DNA of 53,615 bases from Thermoplasmata archaeon (GCA_035625085.1 DASPQG010000041.1:1-53615), one strand, 5' to 3'. Shown: positions 17,582-27,064, counted from the stretch's first letter. Notes: a model not told the origin generated them from the sequence alone. Numbers and translations: made by a program.

Positions 17582-18382
17582 ATGACGCCCGCCTCGGCTT
17601 CCGTCCGAGCCCGCCGGAGACGGGCCCGGCACGAGAACCTCGTCGAAGCGTTCTCCGCCATCGCCCGCGCGGTGCCGACCGGCCACGTCGAGACCGAGGG
17701 CGGCGTGACGATCGTCCAGAGCGGGCTCGACACGTCGGGGTTCAACATCGTCTATGCGCTCGACCGACCGCTATCGACCAATCGCCTCGAGCGCCGGATC
17801 GAGGAGACGTTCACGCGTCGGGGAATCCCCTGGCATCTCACGACCACGCCGGCAATCTCCCCAGCGCTTCGAGGATTGATCCGTCGGTTTCACCTGACCC
17901 AGCACCTCGTGCACCCGGCGTTCGTCTGGACTCGTCTTCCCGACACCGTTCCTCCCGTGCCCGATGGTCTTGACATCCGCCCTGTTCGGACCGCCGAACA
18001 GGTCCGGTCGTTCGCCTCTACGGCCGCCGAAGGGTTCGGAGAACCGTCCGGCACCCTCGACCCCTGGGCCGAGGGAGCGATCGCCGCCTCGCAGACGGGT
18101 TCCTCCCTTTCCGGCCTCTACCTCGGGTACGCCGGAGGCCGGCCCGCCGGCACCGTCTCCCGGGTCATCACCCGGGATATCGCGGGGATCTATGCGGTCG
18201 TCACGCTCCCGGAGTTCCGCCATCGCGGATTCGCGACCGCGCTCACGTACCGAGCGGCCGTCGACGGACGTGCGGAGGGGTGCCGCGAGAGCTACCTCCA
18301 GGCGACCGAGCTCGGCCGTCCGATCTACGAGAGGATGGGATACCGCCTCGTGGAGGAGTACGACGAATGGTACCCCGAATGA
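17582..18382 (+). CDS. GNAT-family acetyltransferase
   Basis: C-terminal half reads IYAVVTLPEFRHRGFATALTYRAAVDGRAEGCRESYLQATELGRPIYERMGY. First ATG after a non-protein-like Pro/Arg-rich extension. Confidence 0.65.
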   Translation: MTPASASVRARRRRARHENLVEAFSAIARAVPTGHVETEGGVTIVQSGLDTSGFNIVYALDRPLSTNRLERRIEETFTRRGIPWHLTTTPAISPALRGLIRRFHLTQHLVHPAFVWTRLPDTVPPVPDGLDIRPVRTAEQVRSFASTAAEGFGEPSGTLDPWAEGAIAASQTGSSLSGLYLGYAGGRPAGTVSRVITRDIAGIYAVVTLPEFRHRGFATALTYRAAVDGRAEGCRESYLQATELGRPIYERMGYRLVEEYDEWYPE

Positions 18383-18491
18383 GCCATCTCGGTCGTGACC
18401 CGAGGTAGAAGACCGGTACGGCGAAGCCTCGCAATCCCGCGGGCTCACGGCCGCGAGGGGTTCCAACTCGAGGTCCGGAGGAGAAAGAGCG

Positions 18492-19412
18492 ATGTCCTCG
18501 GCCTGGTCTCGGCGGCGAGCAGGAGGTAGAGGGGTGAGCCGCCCCACGTTGCAGTTCCACCGGATCGATCCGTCCCGGGAGCTGGAACCGCTGCGGGCGT
18601 TTCTCGAGGACTCGGACCCGGACGACTACCTCCTGGAAGAAATCTCCGAATGGATCCACGATGGTCGCCTGTGGGTCGGGAAAGAGAGCGGACGCTGGCT
18701 CGCCTTCGGGCGGCTCCACGACCTCGGCGATGGCGAGGGCTGGGTGAGCGGGCTCAGGGTCCACTCGGGTCGACGCCGAGAGGGTCTGGGCCGGCAGCTC
18801 GTGGGGCAACTGCTTTCGGATGCCCGATCGATCGGGGTCACGGACCTCCGCGCGGTCATCGAGAACGAGAACGTCGCCTCGCGGCGCCTGTTCGAGGGTC
18901 TTGGATTCTCCTCGGCGACCGAGATGACGCTACGGCGCGGTCTCGCTCGGTCCGCTCCATCGCTCGCTCTGCGAAGGTTGGAGGCGGGAGGCCGCCTATC
19001 GGGGCCGGTCGGGTGGCTCCCCAGCCTCACCGGCCGGGTCGACCTGCTTCCCGGCGCGGACGGGGGACGGTTCGGGCGTTGGAGAACGTCCCTCGTGGAC
19101 CGGTGGGTCGAGGAGAGGAAGCTCTACGTCGGGCCGCGCATCGCGGCGGCCGTGCAGGAGGACTGGTGGAAGGAGCCACGGACCCTCTGGGTGAATCCCC
19201 TCCAGGGTGAGCCATCGTCGCTCTTCCCCGCGCTCGCCGCGTTGACCCGAGCCCTCGACCACGAAGAGTGGCAGGCGTTTCTCCCGTCGGGCGAAGAGTG
19301 GCGACGCGCGTACGATCTCCTCGGTACGGTCCGACATCCTTACTGGGGCGATCGGGTCCAGCTCTACGAGGGATCGATCGGCGCACCGAAATCCCCGGAG
19401 AAGGCCGGCTGA
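18492..19412 (+). CDS. GNAT-domain protein with C-terminal extension
   Basis: GWVSGLRVHSGRRREGLGRQLVGQLLSDARSIGVTDLRAVIENENVASRRLFEGLGF. GGAGGAG SD lies 8 nt upstream. GTG 18534 is an alternative start. Confidence 0.6.
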   Translation: MSSAWSRRRAGGRGVSRPTLQFHRIDPSRELEPLRAFLEDSDPDDYLLEEISEWIHDGRLWVGKESGRWLAFGRLHDLGDGEGWVSGLRVHSGRRREGLGRQLVGQLLSDARSIGVTDLRAVIENENVASRRLFEGLGFSSATEMTLRRGLARSAPSLALRRLEAGGRLSGPVGWLPSLTGRVDLLPGADGGRFGRWRTSLVDRWVEERKLYVGPRIAAAVQEDWWKEPRTLWVNPLQGEPSSLFPALAALTRALDHEEWQAFLPSGEEWRRAYDLLGTVRHPYWGDRVQLYEGSIGAPKSPEKAG

Positions 19413-19465
19413 TCCGTCCCGGCGGGCAGGGTCGGATATAACCGTCGGTGCCCTCGCGCCCGAGG

Positions 19466-19852
19466 ATGGCGGCGTCCTCCTCGGCCCCCGAGGCCCGGCT
19501 CTTCTACGATCCGGGCTGCGGCCCGTGCACCCTATTCGCCCGTCTCAGCGAGTGGGCGAGCCGCTCCCATGTTCGAGCCCTGCCGTACGACGGAAGCCAG
19601 GCGACCCGGGAACTCGGGGACCTGACCGAAGAGGTTCGGTTCGGGTACGCGCATCTTGTCGACGCACGAGGACGGAGAACCGGGGCGGCGATCATGCCTC
19701 CGCTGGTCGGTCTTACGCTGGGTCCGACGGGTGAGCGGGTCGTGAATCGGGTCCCTCCCCTCGACCGGGGGCTGCGATGGATCTACGATCGCTTCTGGGA
19801 ATACCGGAGGACCCGCGGGTGCGCCGCCCCGAACCGTCAGATGCCCTCCTGA
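19466..19852 (+). CDS. DCC-family thiol-disulfide oxidoreductase (DUF393-like)
   Basis: N-terminal LFYDPGCGPCTLFARL CxxC motif. ATG 19466 lies 29 nt after the first T of GGATATAACC (19434-19443). Confidence 0.6.
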   Translation: MAASSSAPEARLFYDPGCGPCTLFARLSEWASRSHVRALPYDGSQATRELGDLTEEVRFGYAHLVDARGRRTGAAIMPPLVGLTLGPTGERVVNRVPPLDRGLRWIYDRFWEYRRTRGCAAPNRQMPS

Positions 19853-20325
19853 TGAAGGTCGCGCGGGGGCTCCTCCTCGGCGCCGCGGGTGGCCTCGTCG
19901 CGACCGGGGTTATGTATGCCCTCGCGGCGGTCGAGCTGGCCGTCACGGGAGTGGCACCCGAGGCGTGGGGGCCGGCGATCGAGACCGGCTTCGGCGGCAA
20001 CGTCGGCTCGGTGCTCGGCCTGTCGGGATGGGCCCTTCACGTCGTCCACGGCCTCGCGATCGGCGCCCTCTTCGAGATCGCGCTGGCCGCGATCCAACCC
20101 CGTGCGCGGACGGCAACCATGATCGGTGTCGGGCTCGGCCTCGGGGTGTTGCTCTGGGCCGGCGTGCTAGCACTCTCTCCCGCGACACGGGCGGTGCAGG
20201 GAGCGGGGCCGCCGATCCTCCTCTCGGCCCTGATGCACCTCGCCTTCGGCGGGACCGTGGCCGCGACCGTCCTCGCGGGAGCCCGGTGGTGGCGTCGCGT
20301 CGCTCGAGAACCGGACGATAAGTAG
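19852..20325 (+). CDS. integral membrane protein (4 TM), unknown function
   Basis: The ATG overlaps the previous stop (TGATG). Product is hydrophobic, Gly/Ala-rich helices. Confidence 0.45.
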   Translation: MKVARGLLLGAAGGLVATGVMYALAAVELAVTGVAPEAWGPAIETGFGGNVGSVLGLSGWALHVVHGLAIGALFEIALAAIQPRARTATMIGVGLGLGVLLWAGVLALSPATRAVQGAGPPILLSALMHLAFGGTVAATVLAGARWWRRVAREPDDK

Positions 20326-20365
20326 GCAGGAAAGGGTTGGTCTCGGCCCGGATCCAGGGCCGCGC

Positions 20366-22822
20366 TTAGGTCGCGCCCGCCGGAGGCTGCGCGGGAGGCG
20401 GCAGCGGCGGTGGGGATTCCGAGCTCGAAGGCTCCGGGGCGGGGGTCTCGGGCGAGGGCGCTGCGGGGGTGGGTCCCTTCCACTCGGTCGGTGGCGACGT
20501 GGTCGCCCCGCTCGGCGCGGAGGACGGCTTCATGCGGCGGCCGCGTCCGCGGATCACGAAGAACAGGACGACCGCAATCACCACGATGAGGATGAGCAGG
20601 ATCAGCCAGCCGACCGTGAGTCCGCTGCCCGCCCCGAGCTCGAGGTTCAGGACGGACGGGTTCGGGTTCACGTTGAGCGAGGTGACCGCGGCGCAGCCGT
20701 TGCCCCCGAGGCAGGGGCCATTCCCGAGATTGCTTGTGACGTAGAGCTCGAGGAAGAGGGCCCCCTGCGGCGCGTTCGACGGAATCGTGAACGAGATCGA
20801 GCCGCTCGTGCCGACGTCCTGGATGTGCTGGACGTACGGGTATCCATCCGCGAACAGCTCGAACGAGACCCGCTGGGGTAGGGCCGCGCCCCCGACGGAG
20901 ACCACCTGATAGTTCAGCGTCACCGTCTGCCCGGGCTGGAAGCTGCCGTCCGAGTAGCTCGAGGTCGTGCCGACGCTGAGCAGGACGGAGTACCCCTGCT
21001 CCAGGATCATCTCGGTCGATTGGCTCGCGACCACCTGGTCCCCGACCATGGCCCACGCGTCGACGTAAATCTCGAGCGGCGCCACCGATCCGATCGAGAC
21101 CGGGATGTTGCTGTTGTTGGCGACCGTTCCGTTCAGGATCTGCGCGCTTGAGTACTGCCAGTAGGCCCAGACCTGGAACTGGATCGTGGCGCCCGCCGCC
21201 CCGCCGACGAGCACGGCCGTCACGGGGTCCGAGGAGCTCGGAGTGTAGTAGAAGTTCGACGGCGTGAGCAGGAGGGCCGGCGCCAGCACGTCCGCTTGCT
21301 GGACTCCCCAGAAGATGGTCGTGGCGTTCACGACCCCGACCTGCACGGAAATCCGATGCGAGACCATCGACTCGAGGATCGGGAACGTGAAGCTCCCGCT
21401 CGCTCCGGTGGAGTTCAGGGTCCCCTGCTCGTATCGGATGCCAGTGCCCACCCCGACGATCTGCCACCGTACCGCCGTCAGCGGGCCGGTCTGAGCGAAG
21501 TTCGTCGAGTTGACCGCCCACGTGGCGGTGCCGGTATCCCCGACGTAATAGGTGCTGTGATCGAGCGAGAGCTGGACGATCCCCGTACCCATCGCGGGCG
21601 GGTACAGCTCGAAGCTATCGTTGGACCAGGCGGTCCAGTGATAGAACTTGCTCGCCCCGGTGACGTTGACGGTGAAGTTGAGCGCATTGAGGCCGACCCC
21701 GGTGAAGTAGTTGATGAACGGCGGGATGTTCGCGAGGAAGGTGAACCCCGCCTCGCCCGTTGCGTTCGTCGTCAGGGCGGTGGGGGCCCCCACCGGCGAA
21801 ACGTGGTGGGTGCCGTTCCAGTACTGCACCATCACTGCGAGGCCGGGGATGGGAGTGAAGGCGCCGCCGTAGTTCGAGCCCGCCTGAATGCAGGCCGCGA
21901 TGTCCGTGCCGGCGGTGAAGTACAGGTCGTTCACGAGCGTGCAGGTGGGCGGCAGACCCGTGATTCCGACCCCTTCGATGTAGACCGCACCCACCCGGAC
22001 GGTGATGTTCGAGCTCTCGTTCTCGGCGATCCCGCCGCTCACGTTAGTGATGGCGGAGACCTCGATGTGGATCAGCGTGTTCGGGCCTGCGTTCGAGGGC
22101 ACGGTGCCGCTCCACTGACCGAAGCCGGCGCCGGGCGTGGAGAGGGCGATCCCTTTGGCCGGCGTGAGGCTCTGGGTGGTCCCGTTGCCCGTGTAGCTAC
22201 CGTAGAGGATCACGTTCGTGGCATGCGTGTACGGTGCGTTGTTGACGTCGAGGTTCGTCTGCCAGAAGACGCTGAACGGCTGCCCCGGGAGGGTCGAGCC
22301 GCTACCGACCGACGTGAAGAGGGAGGTGGAGTAGATGAGAAGAGTCAGATTCTCGTCCACGGTCCCGCCCGCGGTCGCCGAGAAGTTCACCTTCCAGTGT
22401 CCTCCGTACACCACGGACGGGAACTTGTACGAGGAACCCGACGGGCCGGACGGGTACGACGTGAAGCTGTGGGTGGTGGCGTTCAGCGTGGCCACGTAAT
22501 GGAACGCGGGCGAAGAGACGCCGTCACGAGTGGCGTTCGGGTCCGTGATCGTGACGTTGACCGCGCGGTCGAGAGGGTCCGTGACCGCGAAGTAGAATGT
22601 GCCCCAGCCGGGATACCCGGGATAGAAGTACGTCGTGTCGTACCCCAGGCCGTTTATGACGGTGGGCACGATCGCGGCGGCCGGTTGACTGGACACGTGC
22701 AGTCCGGGGCTCGCCGCCGTACGGGCGGGTGGGGCGGAATGAGCCAGCGCGGGGGCGAAGGCGATCAGCGTCGAGGCGATCAGCAGTACGACCAGGCCTA
22801 CGGCAAGGCTGCGGTGCGACAT
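20366..22822 (-). CDS. S-layer-like surface glycoprotein (signal peptide, large beta-rich ectodomain, C-terminal TM, Pro-rich cytoplasmic tail)
   Basis: Signal peptide MSHRSLAVGLVVLLIASTLIAFAPALA. At least 18 N-x-S/T sequons by eye. TM segment LTVGWLILLILIVVIAVVLFFVIRGRGRR. ATG 22822 lies 29 nt after the first T of CTTATAGAA (22852-22844). Confidence 0.65.
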   Translation of the reverse strand: MSHRSLAVGLVVLLIASTLIAFAPALAHSAPPARTAASPGLHVSSQPAAAIVPTVINGLGYDTTYFYPGYPGWGTFYFAVTDPLDRAVNVTITDPNATRDGVSSPAFHYVATLNATTHSFTSYPSGPSGSSYKFPSVVYGGHWKVNFSATAGGTVDENLTLLIYSTSLFTSVGSGSTLPGQPFSVFWQTNLDVNNAPYTHATNVILYGSYTGNGTTQSLTPAKGIALSTPGAGFGQWSGTVPSNAGPNTLIHIEVSAITNVSGGIAENESSNITVRVGAVYIEGVGITGLPPTCTLVNDLYFTAGTDIAACIQAGSNYGGAFTPIPGLAVMVQYWNGTHHVSPVGAPTALTTNATGEAGFTFLANIPPFINYFTGVGLNALNFTVNVTGASKFYHWTAWSNDSFELYPPAMGTGIVQLSLDHSTYYVGDTGTATWAVNSTNFAQTGPLTAVRWQIVGVGTGIRYEQGTLNSTGASGSFTFPILESMVSHRISVQVGVVNATTIFWGVQQADVLAPALLLTPSNFYYTPSSSDPVTAVLVGGAAGATIQFQVWAYWQYSSAQILNGTVANNSNIPVSIGSVAPLEIYVDAWAMVGDQVVASQSTEMILEQGYSVLLSVGTTSSYSDGSFQPGQTVTLNYQVVSVGGAALPQRVSFELFADGYPYVQHIQDVGTSGSISFTIPSNAPQGALFLELYVTSNLGNGPCLGGNGCAAVTSLNVNPNPSVLNLELGAGSGLTVGWLILLILIVVIAVVLFFVIRGRGRRMKPSSAPSGATTSPPTEWKGPTPAAPSPETPAPEPSSSESPPPLPPPAQPPAGAT

Positions 22823-22843
22823 TGCGAATATTGGGGTAGGACG

Positions 22844-22852
22844 TTCTATAAG
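22844..22852 (-). promoter_or_regulatory. TATA box CTTATAGAA for the S-layer-like gene
   Basis: First T lies 29 nt upstream of ATG 22822. Confidence 0.5.
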
Positions 22853-22876
22853 AACCCCTGTGCCGAGTGCAGCTCT

Positions 22877-22915
22877 GCCGTCCCGTGGGCTTAGCACCAG
22901 CGGGCGGCGATTTTT
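22877..22915 (+). terminator. orphan terminator-like hairpin plus T5 in the divergent intergenic region
   Basis: GCCGTCC(C)G...CGGGCGGC stem (one G-U pair, one bulge) followed by GATTTTTG. No upstream plus-strand gene. Confidence 0.3.
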
Positions 22916-23029
22916 GCTGTATCTCCTCGTAGCTCGTTTCGCGACAACGTCGTGTGAGGGAAGCGGTCAAGGGGCACTCGGAAAGCCCGGCGGGATTCCT
23001 TAATCAACCCCGGCGGTGGGGATTCCCAG

Positions 23030-23599
23030 ATGCCCGCGTACGTCGGACTGCTCCGCGCCGTGAACCTCGGGGAGGGCACCCTGGTGAGGATGGAGGAGCT
23101 CCGGTCGCTCCTCGAGAAGGAAGGGTTGGACCAGGTTCGAACCCTGCTGAACTCGGGCAACATCGTGTTTCGAAGTTCGTCGAGGAGCGGAGCCACCCTC
23201 GAGCGCTCCCTCTCCGATAAGATCGCCCGGTCGTTTCACGTGAAGACCGAGCTGTTCCTCCGGTCGGCCCATGAGTGGGAGACGATCGTGGCCCACAATC
23301 CGTTCTTGACCGAAGCGCGGGTCGGCCCGGGCCACCTCCTCGTGCTGGTGCTGCGCGATTCGCCATCGCCGGACCGATGGCGAGCGCTGCAGGGGGCCAT
23401 CCGTGGTCGCGAGCGCTTCCAGGAAGCGGGGCGCCACGCCTACGTGGTCTACCCCGACGGCGTGGGGCGTTCGAAATTCACCTCCGCCTTGATCGAGTCG
23501 AAGCTAGAGACCGCGGGCACTCTACGCAATTGGAACACGGTGACGAAGCTTGGCGCCCTCGTGGGTGGCCTAGAGGGCGCACGGGCGAACTCCCGCTAG
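23030..23599 (+). CDS. DUF1697-family protein
   Basis: N terminus MPAYVGLLRAVNLGEGTLVRMEELRSLL is characteristic of DUF1697. ATG lies 30 nt after the TTCCTTAATCA box (22996-23006). Confidence 0.65.
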   Translation: MPAYVGLLRAVNLGEGTLVRMEELRSLLEKEGLDQVRTLLNSGNIVFRSSSRSGATLERSLSDKIARSFHVKTELFLRSAHEWETIVAHNPFLTEARVGPGHLLVLVLRDSPSPDRWRALQGAIRGRERFQEAGRHAYVVYPDGVGRSKFTSALIESKLETAGTLRNWNTVTKLGALVGGLEGARANSR

Positions 23600-23694
23600 G
23601 AGCAGCCCCGGTTGGGCCGGGTCCCCGCCGCGGTGGAATCGGCTTTACGATGCGTTCTTGACCGTCGGCTCGCCGTTTTGCCCGGCCGTTCCGA

Positions 23695-24372
23695 ATGTCC
23701 TACGCCACGGCGATCGCCGCCTCGCTCATTGCCCTCAGCGTGGCCGCCCTCCTGCTCGCGGTCCTGGTGGTGATGCGCTATCGTTCGGAGCGACGGCCCT
23801 GCCACCTGTACTGGGGCCTCGGCCTGTTCCTCTTCTTCGTGACCCTTGTCGAGGAAGCCGTGCTCGATCTCGGGGTCTGGTCCCAGGCCCTGATCCAGAG
23901 CTACCTCATCCTGGTCGCGGTGCTCGTCGGGATCCTCTCGATGGGCTCTGCCGAGCTCTCGCTCGCGCGACGGTGGCGGCTTCCCTACTACGGGTACCTT
24001 GGGGTCATCAGCGTGGCGCTGCTCGTCGTGGGGCTCCTCGTCCCGATCCCGCACAGCATCATCTCCGATGGGGTCGTCTCGGGGGTGCCTCCCCTCTCGA
24101 TCACGGTCCTCTCGACCCTCCTCACGGTGCCGGCGGCGCTGCTCCTCATCCTGAGCTCCCTCTACGGGGCGTTCCGACAGCGACGCTACCACCTCCTCTA
24201 CATCGCGTTCGGCACCGCGGTGATCTCCGCAGCGGGAGCCCTGTACCTGGTCTCGTTCCCCGTCAGCCTGTACTACGCGGAGTTCGCCGGGATCGTCCTC
24301 CTGTTCCTCGGGTTCGTCAAGATCCCCCGCCTCGGCGGGACCGGGACGCAACAGCCTCGCCCGGCGGCGTAG
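23695..24372 (+). CDS. polytopic membrane protein (about 7 TM), unknown function
   Basis: 225-aa hydrophobic ORF with no recognisable motif. Confidence 0.45.
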   Translation: MSYATAIAASLIALSVAALLLAVLVVMRYRSERRPCHLYWGLGLFLFFVTLVEEAVLDLGVWSQALIQSYLILVAVLVGILSMGSAELSLARRWRLPYYGYLGVISVALLVVGLLVPIPHSIISDGVVSGVPPLSITVLSTLLTVPAALLLILSSLYGAFRQRRYHLLYIAFGTAVISAAGALYLVSFPVSLYYAEFAGIVLLFLGFVKIPRLGGTGTQQPRPAA

Positions 24373-24453
24373 TGGGGCTCCCTCACCCCACCGAGAGTCC
24401 GGGGACGGACTCGCAGGATCCGTTCGAACCGGCGGCTCGGAACTCCCGCCGCC

Positions 24454-25455
24454 TCAGGGGTTGTGGACGGCCGGGCCGGTCGGAACGCCGGGGGACGGGG
24501 GCATGGGAAGCCGCGCTGCCCGCCAGACCGTGAGCATGTAGAGCACCATCAGGAGTCCCACCACGAAGGCTCCGATCAAGGTCAGGAGGTAGAACGCCCC
24601 GACCATCGGTCCGCTGGTGGTCACCGCGTCGACCGAGAGGCCGCCGTTCAGCTTGAACGCCGTCGGATAGACGAGGTAGCTCTGGGCGAAGACGATGATC
24701 GCTCCGAGGAACGCGAAGACGAACTTCTGGGAGGCGATCGGGGCCGTCGCCTTGACGTTGTAGAGGAGCGCCGCCGCGATCGTGAGTACGCCCGGGATGA
24801 GGAAGTAGCCCGTCAGGAGGCTGCTCGAGTAGAGGTACAGGGCGGCCGCCTCGATCACGACCCCGAGCGTGGTGAACGGAACGGTGATCCGTCGGAGCGC
24901 CTCGATGTTGTAGAACACCGGCGCAAGGCCGATGGCGATGAACAGCACCCCGACGATGTACGGGAGGCTACCCGCGTTCGTCACCCAGCCCCAGAGGGAG
25001 AACTTCGGGCTGGTCAGGCTCAGCGTGACCCCCGCCCCACTCACGATCGCGGACAGGATGATCAGCACCACGAGGCCGATGCCGAGGGTCGCCACGCCGT
25101 ACAGCTTGTAGAGGCGGCGCTCGTTGAGCCAGCCCCGACGCATGATCAGCTCGGCGAACGAGATCGACGAGTTGCGGAGCACGATCAGGATCAGGAAGAC
25201 GAGAATCGGGGCGGCGAGCATTGTGGCCACGGGCCAGAGCATCACGGGGTAGGCGAAGTCGGCCGTCACGACCCAGAACGCGGCAAACGTACCCGTCACC
25301 TCCCAGATCGGGACGATGTACGGGAGCACCTTCGATTTCGTCGCGTCGTAGGCGATGAGCAGGAGCACCCCACCCATCAGCTCCGTCACGAAGAGGATCA
25401 GGAAGATCGCGAAGATCGCGAAATTGATCTCGAAGAGCCAGTTAATAGTTGACAT
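24454..25455 (-). CDS. cydB: cytochrome bd-type quinol oxidase subunit II
   Basis: 333-aa polytopic protein immediately downstream of subunit I, with a 14-nt overlap. Confidence 0.7.
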   Translation of the reverse strand: MSTINWLFEINFAIFAIFLILFVTELMGGVLLLIAYDATKSKVLPYIVPIWEVTGTFAAFWVVTADFAYPVMLWPVATMLAAPILVFLILIVLRNSSISFAELIMRRGWLNERRLYKLYGVATLGIGLVVLIILSAIVSGAGVTLSLTSPKFSLWGWVTNAGSLPYIVGVLFIAIGLAPVFYNIEALRRITVPFTTLGVVIEAAALYLYSSSLLTGYFLIPGVLTIAAALLYNVKATAPIASQKFVFAFLGAIIVFAQSYLVYPTAFKLNGGLSVDAVTTSGPMVGAFYLLTLIGAFVVGLLMVLYMLTVWRAARLPMPPSPGVPTGPAVHNP

Positions 25456-26815
25456 CGTGACCTCCCGCGGCGGGGCCCTCGAGGTCTACTGCGATCGGCT
25501 TACCCCGGAAGACGCGGTCCATGAACCAGAGCGTGAACGGCACGAGCGCGGCGTAGAACAGGATGATCACGATCCCGGGCGCGACGATGTCCGAGCTCGG
25601 ATTCGCGGCGTTCGCCACGGTGAGGACGTTGTAGACGATCCACGGCTGACGGCCGATCTCGTCGGTCGCCCATCCGAGCTCCATCACAATCGCCGTCAGC
25701 GCAGAGAACCCGAGGAACGCGTACGCCAGAATCGGGTGATCGAACGGCTTCCGCTGCATCACCCAGAGCGCGGCGTACGCGAACACGAAGAGGCCGAGCA
25801 GCACGGCCCCGATGATCATCACGTCGAACGTCTCGTGGATGATGAGCGGTGGCCACTCGGACTGCGGGTACTGGGAGAGCCCGGGCAGGTTCGCACCGTG
25901 CTCGAGCCAGCCCTGAAGCCCGGGGATCTGGACGGCGCCGACGACGGACGTGCCGGAAACGGTCCCGAAGATGGTGATCGGGAGGTTCGTCCCGGGCTGG
26001 GGATTCAGCTCGATCGCGGCATACTTGAGCGGCTGGTACTTGTAGAGGTCGTCGATCTCGAGCACCCCCGCGAGGATCGAGAGGACGACGAGCACGAAGC
26101 TCACGACGACCGCGATCCGGAGTCCCCGGAGGAAGAGGGTCTTCTCTTCAGGGGTCGCGCTGCGGATGTACCGGTAGGCGAAGAATCCACCGAGGATCAT
26201 GATCCCGGTGAGCGGGACCGACGTGATCACGTGGAACACCTCGTAGCCGGTCGAGACCGTGAGGAACGGGGCCCAGGGATTCACTCCCGACACGGTGTAG
26301 CTCGAACCGCTCGCCACGTAGGCGCCCATGTCGAAGCCGTTCGGCGTGTTCATCCAGGCGTTCACCATGACGATCAGGACCGCCGAGAGCATCGTCCCGA
26401 TCACGATGGGAAGTGTGAGGACCCAGCGGGTGTACTTCCCCTTGAACGTGCTTCCGTAGTAGACGTATACGACGAGGAAGATCGTCTCGATGAAGAACGC
26501 GAAGATCTCCACGTAGAAGATCGCGATCACCCCGGTCTCGGAGACCAAGGTCATGAACCGCGGGAACAGGTTCACGAGCTCGACGGCCATCACGATCCCG
26601 CTCGCGGTGCCGATCCCGAACGAGACCACGAACGGGCGGATGAGGCGCCGGACAAGGGCGCCGTAGTACTTGTCCTTCGTCCGGGCGAACAGGAACTCGA
26701 AGATGCAGATCAGGATCGCCATCCCGATGCTGAGCGAGACCAGCAGGATGTGGGAGCCTATGGTGAACGCGAACAGGAATCGGTCGAAATCCACTATCGA
26801 GACCGTGGTCAGCAC
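25442..26815 (-). CDS. cydA: cytochrome bd-type quinol oxidase subunit I
   Basis: 457 aa. N terminus ...FDRFLFAFTIGSHILLVSLSIG... carries the conserved His in TM1, and the overall CydA helix pattern is present. GTG start. GACTTAACGGAA box at 26852-26841. Confidence 0.75.
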   Translation of the reverse strand: MLTTVSIVDFDRFLFAFTIGSHILLVSLSIGMAILICIFEFLFARTKDKYYGALVRRLIRPFVVSFGIGTASGIVMAVELVNLFPRFMTLVSETGVIAIFYVEIFAFFIETIFLVVYVYYGSTFKGKYTRWVLTLPIVIGTMLSAVLIVMVNAWMNTPNGFDMGAYVASGSSYTVSGVNPWAPFLTVSTGYEVFHVITSVPLTGIMILGGFFAYRYIRSATPEEKTLFLRGLRIAVVVSFVLVVLSILAGVLEIDDLYKYQPLKYAAIELNPQPGTNLPITIFGTVSGTSVVGAVQIPGLQGWLEHGANLPGLSQYPQSEWPPLIIHETFDVMIIGAVLLGLFVFAYAALWVMQRKPFDHPILAYAFLGFSALTAIVMELGWATDEIGRQPWIVYNVLTVANAANPSSDIVAPGIVIILFYAALVPFTLWFMDRVFRGKPIAVDLEGPAAGGHDVNY

Positions 26816-27015
26816 CCCTCGGCGTTCCGGCTCCGCTGAATTCCGTTAAGTCTTCGGTCAACCCAAGTTCACTCCTCGGAAAACCGCAGATCGGGTGCTG
26901 CATGGACTCCCTATCCGCGCCGGCGAACCGGGAGCCGTACGGGGCCTGGGAAGGGCGGGACACTCCCCGGTCGGGGTCGAGTCGTATAACGGCCGCCTAC
27001 AGATGGCCGAGGATA

Positions 27016-27048
27016 CGTTTAAATACGCATTGATGCGCATTTTATTCC
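27016..27048 (+). promoter_or_regulatory. AT-rich control region: two TATA-like boxes (CGTTTAAATAC, CATTTTATTCC) flanking the CGCAT-TG-ATGCG inverted repeat and CGCAT direct repeat
   Basis: One of the most AT-rich stretches I saw in the window. Sits between divergent cydAB and the four-Cys protein operon. Confidence 0.5.
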
Positions 27049-27064
27049 TGCCCAAGGTGAGCCG

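Noticed and set aside
22860-23002. 49-codon ORF starting at GTG in the S-layer/DUF1697 intergenic region.
   Set aside because: Hand-counted GC3 is about 57%, well below the roughly 79% I hand-counted for the first ~60 codons of trxB. It contains the terminator-like hairpin and T5 run.
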